DNA from: an uncultured delta proteobacterium
GTDB lineage: Bacteria > Desulfobacterota > Binatia > UBA9968
Assembly (NCBI GenBank): GCA_963755715.1
Contig: CAVWLW010000027.1
Coordinates: 160,001 to 224,000 of the forward strand
Direction: 5' to 3'
DNA: 64,000 nucleotides
Shown here: positions 19,875 to 28,555 of the stretch, piece by piece
How positions within the stretch are numbered: position 1 is the stretch's first letter
How the letters are laid out: the number at the start of each line of letters is the position of its first letter
Translations under genes and position numbers: made by a program
The notes under the pieces: generated by a model
Seen by the model: the letters and a program-made list of their open reading frames with translations, nothing else
Told to the model about the DNA's origin: nothing
Databases searched by the model: none

Positions 19875-20930
19875 TCAGTTCCAAAGCGAAACCGCCATGC
19901 GTAACTTGCCGTGCTCTAAATCCGCCAGCGCTTCGTTGATCTGATCGTAGCGGTAATTTCTCGTGATCAGGCCCTTCAGCTCGATCCGGCCGAGCGTCGC
20001 CATCTGAAAAACTTCTTCGACGTCATTGGCCTGGCGGCTCGATACGCCCGTGATGGTGATTTCGCTGGTCACGAACCGCCCGCTGCTGATCGTGAAAGGC
20101 CCGTTGCCTAAACCGCCGATGATCGTTGCCGTGCCACCGGGACGGGTCGCCTGGATGATTTGATCGGAAGTCTTTGGGTTACCGATCGCCTCGAAGGCTT
20201 TGTCGACACCGCCGTCGGTGAGTTTGATCACGGCTTTCACCGGATCTTCCGCCGTTGCGTTGATCGTATGCGTCGCACCGAAATTTTTGGCTGCCGCTAA
20301 TTTTTCATCCGCGATATCGACCGCGATGATCGGATAGGCTCCGAAGCATTTGAGAAACTGAATCGTATTGAGGCCGATGCCACCGCAACCGATCACCAGC
20401 GCCGAATCCCCTGGCTCCAGGCGGGCGCGATGTTTGACCGCATTGTAAGCCGTCGTGACGCGGCAACCGACCACGCTCGCCTCTTCCATCGACATGCCGT
20501 CGGGAATTTTGAAAGCCATGTAAGCTGGCACGGATACATACTCGGCAAACCCGCCGACGTTCCAACGGGTGACAATGGTTCCGTCAATCGTTTTCAGCGT
20601 CGGTGGCGCCGGCCGACGCTCGCAGAGATTTTCCCGCGCGCTCAAACAATAGCGGCAGCGCCCGCACTTATAGCGCATGCCGATGATCACCCGGTCACCC
20701 GACTTGAAGTCTTTGCAGTACGCTCCGACCTGCTCGACAGTTCCAGCAACTTCATGGCCAAGGATCGTCGGCGGCGTAAAACGGGTCCTGCCTTCGACAA
20801 CTTTCAAGTCGGTATGGCAAACACCGCACGACGCAACCTTGATCAACACGTCCTCGTCGTCCACATCCGGCATTTTGAGCTCTTCGATCTTTAGCGGTTG
20901 GCGCGCTTCATAGAGAACGGCGGCTTTCAT
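19875..20930 (-). CDS. Zn-dependent alcohol dehydrogenase (MDR family)
   Basis: GVCHTD, GHE, the CxxCxxC..C structural Zn site and GCGGIG. Confidence 0.92.
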   Translation of the reverse strand: MKAAVLYEARQPLKIEELKMPDVDDEDVLIKVASCGVCHTDLKVVEGRTRFTPPTILGHEVAGTVEQVGAYCKDFKSGDRVIIGMRYKCGRCRYCLSARENLCERRPAPPTLKTIDGTIVTRWNVGGFAEYVSVPAYMAFKIPDGMSMEEASVVGCRVTTAYNAVKHRARLEPGDSALVIGCGGIGLNTIQFLKCFGAYPIIAVDIADEKLAAAKNFGATHTINATAEDPVKAVIKLTDGGVDKAFEAIGNPKTSDQIIQATRPGGTATIIGGLGNGPFTISSGRFVTSEITITGVSSRQANDVEEVFQMATLGRIELKGLITRNYRYDQINEALADLEHGKLRMAVSLWN

Positions 20931-21043
20931 AAATCCTCGCTTTCAGTCGTTCTTGGCTGGTGCACGGTGGTATTTACGCCACGCAAAGACGAGCCGTCAA
21001 GCGTACCAGTTCCGCTTGGCGCAGGCATTGGCGCGATTATTTC

Positions 21044-21796
21044 TTACGGCAACGTCTTCAGCTTCTCGCGCATCTCCTGGGCGCTCATCTCCGCTCCGTA
21101 GAGCGGCCCGCCCTGCTCAAAAAGCTTTGAACGCTGCAGCGAGCCGATTTCTACCGGATCGAAGCCGGCATCACGCACCAGCCGCGATGCAATCTTCAGC
21201 GCCTGCGCGTCATCTCCCGCTATGGGGATGGCGAGTCGCGGCTCGGGACGATTGGAGAAGCTGGAAACCTTACGAGAGCTCAAGATGTTGAAGGCGCGGA
21301 CGATGCGCGCGCCGGCGAGCAGCTTTGCCGACGTGAGCGCAACGCCATTTTCCCGAGCTTGCTTGCCAATCTCACCGTCGCGGGCTAGGACCGCATTCCC
21401 GGCGTCGAGCACGATCTTGCCGGCGAATTGCTTGCCGTAATCCTTGGCAATTTGCGGATAAGCGCCGTACGGCACGCCGATGAAAACCACGTCACCAAAG
21501 CTCAAAGCTTCATCCACGGTGCCGGCGCGAGCCAGCGGACCCAGGCCGTCGACCAGTTGCTTCAAGTTCTCCGGATGGCGCGAAGAAAACAAAACTTGAT
21601 GGCCGGCCTTCACCCACAACGTGCCCACCGCGCTGCCGATATTTCCCGAGCCAATGACGCCAATTTTCATCGGCGAAGCTCCCGGTGTCGGTTGCGCAAG
21701 GGTTCCCTTGGGAAGGACTCCCAATACAACGCTCAAACCGAAGATAACCGCCAGACTGCCAAAAAACTGTCGACTCAAAAAATTAGCAGACATCAT
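21044..21796 (-). CDS. F420_oxidored-family NAD(P)-dependent oxidoreductase with an N-terminal signal peptide
   Basis: MKIGVIGSGNIG, DAGN, VRAFN, IAGDD and GFDPV; hydrophobic leader; AAGGAG RBS. Confidence 0.82.
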   Translation of the reverse strand: MMSANFLSRQFFGSLAVIFGLSVVLGVLPKGTLAQPTPGASPMKIGVIGSGNIGSAVGTLWVKAGHQVLFSSRHPENLKQLVDGLGPLARAGTVDEALSFGDVVFIGVPYGAYPQIAKDYGKQFAGKIVLDAGNAVLARDGEIGKQARENGVALTSAKLLAGARIVRAFNILSSRKVSSFSNRPEPRLAIPIAGDDAQALKIASRLVRDAGFDPVEIGSLQRSKLFEQGGPLYGAEMSAQEMREKLKTLP

Positions 21797-21875
21797 GACA
21801 AGCTCCTTTCCATAGAACTGTTTCGCGGCGATACCGCCTCCACGATTTGCCAACATTTGAACGTCTCCTAAAACT

Positions 21876-22889
21876 CTAGCGCGGATAAAGCTCTTTGATA
21901 AATCCTTCCTTCGCCAGCTGCTCCAGCGGCGCCGGATCGTAGAACTGCCGAGTGTCGATTCCCTTTGCTTTGGGATTTCGTGTGGCGATGTCTTCCATCA
22001 TCGCTTCGATTTCCGGCAGTGTCACCGTCGGAACGTTGCGAATGTAGCCGAGAACGTAACTTTTAAACGCGCTCGCCAGCAGCTTGGTATCCGCGGTGCG
22101 GGTATACTTGCCGAGAATTCGAATCGTGAAGTCCGGATTGGCCTTGGCGTATTTGATTCCCTCCAGTGTCGCTTTGAGAAAGCGATTCACCGTCTGCGGT
22201 CGGCCGCGAATGAAAGAATCCGTCGTGATGAGCGCGGTTCCCGGATAGCGAAATTTAACTTCGCTCAAATTCATGAATTCCTTGTAGCCAAGCTCTTTGG
22301 CTTTCTCCAAGGTCGGCGACGAGATCAGACCGCCTTTGATGACGCCCTGCTGCATAAAAAGCAAGATCTCCGGCACGCCGCCGGTTTGAATCATTTTGAT
22401 GTCTTTGTTGGCGTCTAAACCCAGTTCGGTGACGGCCTTTCTCAAGCCGAGATCGGTCAACGAACCGAATCGGCTGACGCCGAAAGTTTTTCCTTTGAGA
22501 TCTTGCGCCGTGGCGATATCGGGAGCGGTCACGAGACTCATGGGAATAACGTTGATCGTCGTGCCGATCACGGTCGCATCCGAGCCCGACAATCGCGACA
22601 ATGCCGCGGCGGCGCCCGAGCCTTGCACGATATGCGCGTCGCCGGAAAGTAAGGTCGTGATCGCTTGGGCCCCGGAAACATAAATGATGTTCACGTCGAG
22701 TCCGTATTTCTTGAAGATGCCGGCTTCGTGCGGCACCCAGGTGGTAATCGACGTCGCAGCAATCGACGAATAGCACACATTGAGTTTTTCCAGCTCGCCG
22801 ACTTGTGCGCCGCGCGCGCTCCCGTTGATAGAAACAGCGAAAATGAGCGAAAACAAAGTTAATGCGGTTGCTGTACTTCGTAGCTTCAT
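21876..22889 (-). CDS. NMT1/SsuA-like ABC substrate-binding protein
   Basis: Signal peptide; GIFKKYGLDV and DLKGKTFGVSRFGSLTD. Confidence 0.88.
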   Translation of the reverse strand: MKLRSTATALTLFSLIFAVSINGSARGAQVGELEKLNVCYSSIAATSITTWVPHEAGIFKKYGLDVNIIYVSGAQAITTLLSGDAHIVQGSGAAAALSRLSGSDATVIGTTINVIPMSLVTAPDIATAQDLKGKTFGVSRFGSLTDLGLRKAVTELGLDANKDIKMIQTGGVPEILLFMQQGVIKGGLISSPTLEKAKELGYKEFMNLSEVKFRYPGTALITTDSFIRGRPQTVNRFLKATLEGIKYAKANPDFTIRILGKYTRTADTKLLASAFKSYVLGYIRNVPTVTLPEIEAMMEDIATRNPKAKGIDTRQFYDPAPLEQLAKEGFIKELYPR

Positions 22890-23060
22890 CGAATGCATCC
22901 TCCGGCTCGGCACATTCATAAAAACCTGCCGTTTTAGTCGTCGCGGCTGACGTTAGAGAAGGCGCTTCGACAAGTCAAGGTAGTGATTATGCCGCGTTGA
23001 GTTGGGTTTTTCGCTGTGATATCTCCGGTGAAGTCCGAGCTTTGCCGTGAAAGTTGAATT

Positions 23061-24269
23061 ATGAGCAAAGAGATTGAATCTGTCGGCGTCGTCGGCCTCG
23101 GCGTCATGGGCTTCGACATCGCGTTTCTGTACGCGATGAAAGGTTTTCCCACTGCCGTATTTGACGCCTCCCAAGCGGCCATGGACGCTCTCGACAATCG
23201 CCGGGAACAAACCATTGAGCGGCTCAACAAACGAAATCGGATCAGTGAAAGCGAGTGTGACAATGTTCGAAGGCTGTTGGTAAAATCCTCGGCCATTGAG
23301 GGATTAGCAAGCACGGATTTGGTGACGGAAGCAGTTTCGGAGAACGCGCGAACCAAACTGGCGGTTTACCGCTCTCTCAAAGCCGCCGGGTTCACGGGGC
23401 TGTTAACGACCAATACTTCTTCCGTAGCTCGCGCTACTTTGCTCGCTGACGGAGTTTGCGATCCAAAGAATTTCGCCCTGACCCATTTCTTCAATCCGGT
23501 GCTTCACACGCAGATGGTCGAAGTCGTGAAGGGCGATATGGCAGAGGCGCAGGGCAACACCGTGATTGGGTTTTTGAAAGGAATCGGCCGCCAGCCCGTG
23601 GAGACCCGCGACATTTCAGGCTTCGTCTCCAACAGCATCCTGATGATTTACGCCGTGATGGCGCTCCGCTTGTTGGAATGTGGCGCGCGCATCGAGCAAG
23701 TCGACCAAGCCGCGCGAGAGCTCAAGCTGCTCCCACCTTTGTTTAGCTTCGACAGTTGGAAGCCGTCCATCGTCGAAGATGTCACTCGCGTCATGTTCGA
23801 GCATCGAGGTGACGCTTTCTTGCGTTCTTCAAAACTGCTCGCCCGATTGGCAAAAGACAATCCCGCATTCTATGTCGACCGATTACCCAATGCGAAAATC
23901 TACGACCTCGCCGAAGCGCACGGCCGATCGATCGATGACGAGAGTATAAAGCACGCGCTGCGCGCGTCCATGATCATCGCCGCCGCGCGCGTTGCCGAGC
24001 TTGGCGAATCGCCCGCGACCATCGATTTCGTCGCGACCGAAGGGATCAAACTGCCCCAGCCGCCGTTAAAAGAGATCGACGGCGTCGGCGCTGCGACGGT
24101 CCTCGACGAATTGGCACGAACAAACCGGCAACTGGGGAGCGCGCCGTTGGCGCCGCCCAAACTTCTCATCGCGATGTCGGCGGAGAGTCAAACTTTCTAC
24201 AAGAACGGCCAGCCGAATCCTTGGCTGTCGGCTTACACGGAACGGGCGACAACCCATGCGCGCCATTGA
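23061..24269 (+). CDS. 3-hydroxyacyl-CoA dehydrogenase family protein
   Basis: Motifs GLGVMG, EAVSE, TNTSS, HFFNP and GFVSN. Confidence 0.85.
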   Translation: MSKEIESVGVVGLGVMGFDIAFLYAMKGFPTAVFDASQAAMDALDNRREQTIERLNKRNRISESECDNVRRLLVKSSAIEGLASTDLVTEAVSENARTKLAVYRSLKAAGFTGLLTTNTSSVARATLLADGVCDPKNFALTHFFNPVLHTQMVEVVKGDMAEAQGNTVIGFLKGIGRQPVETRDISGFVSNSILMIYAVMALRLLECGARIEQVDQAARELKLLPPLFSFDSWKPSIVEDVTRVMFEHRGDAFLRSSKLLARLAKDNPAFYVDRLPNAKIYDLAEAHGRSIDDESIKHALRASMIIAAARVAELGESPATIDFVATEGIKLPQPPLKEIDGVGAATVLDELARTNRQLGSAPLAPPKLLIAMSAESQTFYKNGQPNPWLSAYTERATTHARH

Positions 24270-25092
24270 CGTTCACGTCCATCCGAGCACACGGGGACTC
24301 GATACCCATGCGTGCAGTTATTTCCGCCGAAATCTCAGCGAAGTTCCACAAACGCCGGAAACGTTCGCTGAATTATATATTAAGCACGACGTGAAAGCGC
24401 CGCTGATCGGCTGGCATCCTTCTACCGTCAACGAAGGTAGCCGGAACAGCAACGACCACGTCCTCGACCTCGCAACGAGATTTCCGAACGCGTTTTTGGG
24501 AATTCTCGCGTCGCTCGATACCGGCGCCGAGAATCTCGACGCTGTCGCGCATTATGCGCAGGAACTAGTCCGCAATGCCAAAGTTCTCGGCTTCAAATTC
24601 CATCCACCCGACCAAGGTTTTTACCCCAACGATCGAAAGTTCTACCCGATTTGGGAAGTGCTTCAGGCCAGCGGCAAACCGGTGATGTTTCACGTCGGCT
24701 TTACCGTGCTCGGCGCCAACACCGACGGCGGCAGCGGCATCGCCCTCGACTACGGCCGGCCGATCCATCTCGATACTCTCGCCCGCGATTTTCCGCTCAT
24801 GAAGATCATCGCCGCGCATCCCGGTTGGCCTTGGGAGCAAGAGCTCATCGGCGTCGTGACCCACAAGAAAAACCTATTCGTCGACACCTCCGGCTATCTC
24901 GCCGAACAATTGCCGGAGATTTTTCTCAAGGCAATCGGCGGCCGCCTTCAGGACAAGGCGCTCTTCGGCACCGACTTTCCATACGTTGATTTAGAGAGGG
25001 CGCTCATCAGCTTCGATAAACTGAATTTCAAGCAGTCGGTAAAAGACAAAATCCTCTTCGCCAATGCGCAGTCGTTATTCGGATTAAAGTAG
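24256..25092 (+). CDS. Amidohydrolase_2 family protein
   Basis: Motifs IDVHVH, FKFHP, AHPGWPW and FGTDFP. Confidence 0.88.
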   Translation: MRAIDVHVHPSTRGLDTHACSYFRRNLSEVPQTPETFAELYIKHDVKAPLIGWHPSTVNEGSRNSNDHVLDLATRFPNAFLGILASLDTGAENLDAVAHYAQELVRNAKVLGFKFHPPDQGFYPNDRKFYPIWEVLQASGKPVMFHVGFTVLGANTDGGSGIALDYGRPIHLDTLARDFPLMKIIAAHPGWPWEQELIGVVTHKKNLFVDTSGYLAEQLPEIFLKAIGGRLQDKALFGTDFPYVDLERALISFDKLNFKQSVKDKILFANAQSLFGLK

Positions 25093-25113
25093 ACGCCGTG
25101 CCGGCGCTTCTTA

Positions 25114-25168
25114 CCCTCGCCCGCTTGCGGGAGAGGGCGAGGGTGAGGGTTCTTCGACAGCTCAGCGA
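25114..25168. repeat. CCCTC..GGGAGAGGG palindromic repeat with an adjacent CTTCGACAGCTCAG motif
   Basis: ccctcgcccgcttgcgggagagggcgagggtgaggg hairpin. Confidence 0.65.
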
Positions 25169-25183
25169 AAAAGAGGTCGAGCA

Positions 25184-26176
25184 ATGAAGCGAGTCTTGAT
25201 CTTCCTGATTCTCAATTTTCCATTATCCATTCTCCATTTCTCCCCCGCTCAAAGCGCCGCGCTCGAGCGTCTGAGAGTAGGATATCCGTCCCCGAGCGCC
25301 AATTTCTATCCGCTCTTCGCGACTAAAGAGGCAAATCTATTTGAGAAGTACGGCTTCGAACCCGAAATGATCTATGTCCAAGGAGTTCAATTGATCGCGG
25401 TCCAAGTGGCCGGTCAGTTGGATTTCTCGTCGGTCTCCGGTCTGGTGTTTCTCCAAGCATCGGTCGAAGGATCGGACCTCATTCTCCTCGCCAGCTCCAA
25501 CGACAGTCAGCCGATGAAGCTCATGGTTCACAGCGGCATCACCGGTCCGAAAGATCTCCGCGGCAAGACCGTGGCGGTTACACGCTTCGGTTCTCTTACC
25601 GATTTGCTGCTTCGTCCGGTGCTCAAAAATTGGGGATTGGAACCACAGAAGGACGTGAACCTGCTGCAGATCGGCAGATTGCCCGACATGGTTTTGGCCA
25701 TTGCACAGAAGAAAGTCGATGGCGGCGTAATCTCTTTTCCGAATTCATTGCAGGCCGAGAAAATGGGTGTCAAAACGCTTCTCGACTTCGCCGAGTCGGG
25801 TTTGGACATTCCCTCCACCACGGTGGTGGCAAGCCGCAAATACGCCACCTCTCACCGGGAGGTTGTTTTGAGATTTCTCAAAGCATACATCGAGGGCACG
25901 CGCCGTCTTCTCACCGACAAAGAACTCGGCATTCGCGCGCTCAGAAAGTACGGCGGAGTCAATGACCGGGAACTTCTGACGACAACCTATGATCTTTTCA
26001 CCACTCGCTACACCAAGAAGGTGCCGAAGATCAATCCAAAGACGGTGGAAACAGCGTTGAACCTGCTTGCGGAGGGTAATCCTAAAGCAAAAGGCCGTAA
26101 AGCCGAAGAATTTATGGACACGAGCTTTATGGACGAGCTGGAATCAACGGGATTTATCAACGCGGTTTGGAAATGA
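25184..26176 (+). CDS. NMT1/SsuA-like ABC substrate-binding protein
   Basis: Leader ending AQS-A; LFEKYG and DLRGKTVAVTRFGSLTD. Confidence 0.88.
   Translation: MKRVLIFLILNFPLSILHFSPAQSAALERLRVGYPSPSANFYPLFATKEANLFEKYGFEPEMIYVQGVQLIAVQVAGQLDFSSVSGLVFLQASVEGSDLILLASSNDSQPMKLMVHSGITGPKDLRGKTVAVTRFGSLTDLLLRPVLKNWGLEPQKDVNLLQIGRLPDMVLAIAQKKVDGGVISFPNSLQAEKMGVKTLLDFAESGLDIPSTTVVASRKYATSHREVVLRFLKAYIEGTRRLLTDKELGIRALRKYGGVNDRELLTTTYDLFTTRYTKKVPKINPKTVETALNLLAEGNPKAKGRKAEEFMDTSFMDELESTGFINAVWK
25208..25238 (+). repeat. 7-nt ATTHTCM tandem repeat inside the signal-peptide coding region
   Basis: attctca attttcc attatcc attctcc att, encoding ILNFPLSILH. Confidence 0.65.
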
Positions 26177-26180
26177 GACC

Positions 26181-26206
26181 GTAGCGGCGGACCTCTGTGT
26201 CCGCCC
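26181..26206 (+). repeat. GTAG-type REP (imperfect)
   Basis: GTAGc-GGCGGAC-ctctgt-GTCCGCC, directly after a stop codon. Confidence 0.6.
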
Positions 26207-26257
26207 TTGCTCGGAATCGCAGCGAGGGAGTACGTAAGAAGAAGGAGCGATTAAAGC

Positions 26258-27943
26258 ATGCCTCAAGAAAAAATCGCGTCACAAGCATACCTCGAAGTCG
26301 CGGCGGCACATGGCGTCGAATATGTTTTCGGTTTGCCCGGCACCAGCGGCCAGGAATTTATCGGCACCATCGCCGATCAGGAAAAAATCCGCTTCATCCT
26401 CGCTCTCCATGAAACCTGCGTAGTCTCCATGGCCGATGGTCACGCGCGCGTGACCGGCCGGCCCCAGCTCGCCCAAGTAAGCACCTTGCCCGGCTCCTGC
26501 AATGCGGTCGGCGCGCTTTACGACGCCTATCGCGACCGCTCGCCGGTCATCGTCACGTCGACCAACGTCGACACGAGAATCGTCGGGCGTGACTCGCACA
26601 CGGAAGGCAAAGACCTGGTTGAAATGACCAAGCAGTTCACCAAGTGGAGCGCCGAGGTTCATCGCGCCGACCGTATTCCGGAATATTTAAATCGCGCTTT
26701 CAAAGTCGCCGCGACGCCGCCGACCGGGCCGGTTTATCTGGCGCTGCCGAGCAACTTGCTCGGCGAATCGATCAGCGTCGAGAATCCTTTCGCCGAGCGC
26801 TCGCGCATCGCGCCGCGCATCGGCGCCGATCCCGAAGCGCTGGCTGAAGCCGCCAAGCTGCTTACGCAAGCCAAGCGCCCGGTGATCGTCGCCGGCAGCG
26901 GCGTTGCCAAAGCCGGCGCGGTCGACGAGCTGATCAAGTTCGCTGAGATGATCGCCGCGCCGGTAGTCATGGAGCCACGCTACTCGTTTCTGAGTTTTCC
27001 GACCGATCACGCGCAGAGCTTTCAAGTCGCCGAGCGCCAGCCGTCGTTCAATCTACCGGTTTGGGGCGAGCCGGATTTGTTGCTCGCCATCGGCTGCCGG
27101 CTGATCCGCGAGTATCGCTACCTGTCGGAGCCGGTGATCAAACCGGAAACTCGCTGCATTCACATCGAGGAAGATCCCTGGGAGATCGGCAAAATATTCC
27201 CCGTCGACGTCGGCATCATCGCCGACGCGCGCAGCGCGCTGCGCTCTCTGCTCGATGTTTATCCACGGATTGCCTCGGACACGAACGGAAAAAGAAACGA
27301 GCGGCTCGACTGTATCAAAAAAGCCAAGGAACAAGTGAACACCGAGTTGGAAACACGAGTCAAACAGGGCTGGGACGCAACGCCAATCAACACGGCGCGG
27401 CTTGCTCGAACCATGGATCGGTTGATCGAGAAGGACGCCCTGATCGTCAACGAAAGCCCGACCAGCAAAGATATTCTGATGGCCAATTTTCAGTTCTCCA
27501 AAAGCCGCTCTTACTTTTCCAATTCTTCCGGCGGTTATCTTGGCTGGGGCCTCGGTGCCGCGATCGGCGCCAAACTCGCCTCGCGCAATCGCCGCGTGGT
27601 TGCCTGCCTCGGCGACGGCAGCACCATGTTCGGTCTGCAGGGTTTGTGGACGCTGGCAAAATACCGCGTGCCGTTAACGGTCATCGTGTTCAACAACCGC
27701 GCCTACATGGCGGTGAAGAATCAGTTCCGCGGCTCCGAAGAGCGCGTGAGAATTGCCGCCGAAATGGGCGCCGAACTGGTTGGACCCGATTTAAATTTTG
27801 CCCGGCTTGCCGACACCTTCGGCATCTTCGGCCAACGTGTCGAACAACCCGACGCCATCGAGCCCGCGCTCAAGCGCGCCTTGGAACAAAACGGACCCGC
27901 GCTCGTCGACGTCGTGATCGCGCAAAACACGAGGAAAGATTGA
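26258..27943 (+). CDS. ThDP-dependent enzyme (benzoylformate decarboxylase/acetolactate synthase family)
   Basis: FGLPGT, LHE..MADG and the GDGS..NN ThDP motif. Confidence 0.9.
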   Translation: MPQEKIASQAYLEVAAAHGVEYVFGLPGTSGQEFIGTIADQEKIRFILALHETCVVSMADGHARVTGRPQLAQVSTLPGSCNAVGALYDAYRDRSPVIVTSTNVDTRIVGRDSHTEGKDLVEMTKQFTKWSAEVHRADRIPEYLNRAFKVAATPPTGPVYLALPSNLLGESISVENPFAERSRIAPRIGADPEALAEAAKLLTQAKRPVIVAGSGVAKAGAVDELIKFAEMIAAPVVMEPRYSFLSFPTDHAQSFQVAERQPSFNLPVWGEPDLLLAIGCRLIREYRYLSEPVIKPETRCIHIEEDPWEIGKIFPVDVGIIADARSALRSLLDVYPRIASDTNGKRNERLDCIKKAKEQVNTELETRVKQGWDATPINTARLARTMDRLIEKDALIVNESPTSKDILMANFQFSKSRSYFSNSSGGYLGWGLGAAIGAKLASRNRRVVACLGDGSTMFGLQGLWTLAKYRVPLTVIVFNNRAYMAVKNQFRGSEERVRIAAEMGAELVGPDLNFARLADTFGIFGQRVEQPDAIEPALKRALEQNGPALVDVVIAQNTRKD

Positions 27944-27969
27944 CGCAGCGAGAGAGCAAAATAAGACTC

Positions 27970-28046
27970 ACCACGAAGGACACGAAGAGCACGAAGGTCG
28001 AGTCTCAATTATCAAAACCCTTCGTGTCCTTCGTGATCTTCGTGGT
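27970..28046. repeat. Tandem-inverted repeat with a 9-nt CACGAAGRN unit
   Basis: acCACGAAGGA CACGAAGAG CACGAAGG, then CCTTCGTG TCCTTCGTG ATCTTCGTGgt. Confidence 0.85.
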
Positions 28047-28091
28047 AAAACTCTTTCTGCTCGACCTCGCAACGCAAACTTAGGAGGGAGT

Positions 28092-28466
28092 ATGACACAA
28101 GAGTCCAAAGACGCCTTCGAGAAAACCTCGCTCGGCGCCGAGAACAAAGCTTACAACATCATCGCCAAGCTCGATCCGGAATATTTCGAGAAGCTCAAAG
28201 GCCTCTACGTCGACGGCACCTTCGGCCGTGAAGGCGCATTGCCGCGTCAAACAAAGGAATTGATCATGGTGGGCATCTGCTGCGCGCTCAACCGTCCGCG
28301 CGGCGTGCGTTTGCACAGTGAGCGCGCGCTGACCCTGGGCGCGAGCCCGCGCGAAGTTCTCGAAGCCGTCGAGGTCGCCGCTATTCCCGGCGGCATGCCC
28401 GGCCTCTGGCTCGGTGTCGAAACCTTGGAAGAAGTTCTTAAGGCCAAAGGCATAGAATTCAAATGA
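28092..28466 (+). CDS. Carboxymuconolactone decarboxylase/AhpD-like protein
   Basis: GALPRQTKELI and H..RAL.LGAS.REVLEA motifs; strong RBS. Confidence 0.85.
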   Translation: MTQESKDAFEKTSLGAENKAYNIIAKLDPEYFEKLKGLYVDGTFGREGALPRQTKELIMVGICCALNRPRGVRLHSERALTLGASPREVLEAVEVAAIPGGMPGLWLGVETLEEVLKAKGIEFK

Positions 28467-28481
28467 ATCTACAGATTCCGT

Positions 28482-28509
28482 GTAGGGGCGATTCATGAAT
28501 CGCCCCTGC
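28482..28509. repeat. GTAG-type REP palindrome
   Basis: GTAGGGGCGATTCATGAATCGCCCCTGC. Confidence 0.8.
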
Positions 28510-28510
28510 C

Positions 28511-28543
28511 GAACGGAGCGAAGCGATTGAACGATTTGAACCG
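28511..28543 (+). repeat. TTGAACGNT tandem repeat with a GGAGCGAAGCG motif
   Basis: gaacggagcgaagcgattgaacgatttgaaccg. Confidence 0.55.
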
Positions 28544-28555
28544 AATCTAAGATCC

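Noticed and set aside
27061-28083. 340-aa Arg-rich ORF overlapping the ThDP enzyme
   Set aside because: Alternative frame of a real gene; its tail is the translated 9-mer inverted repeat.
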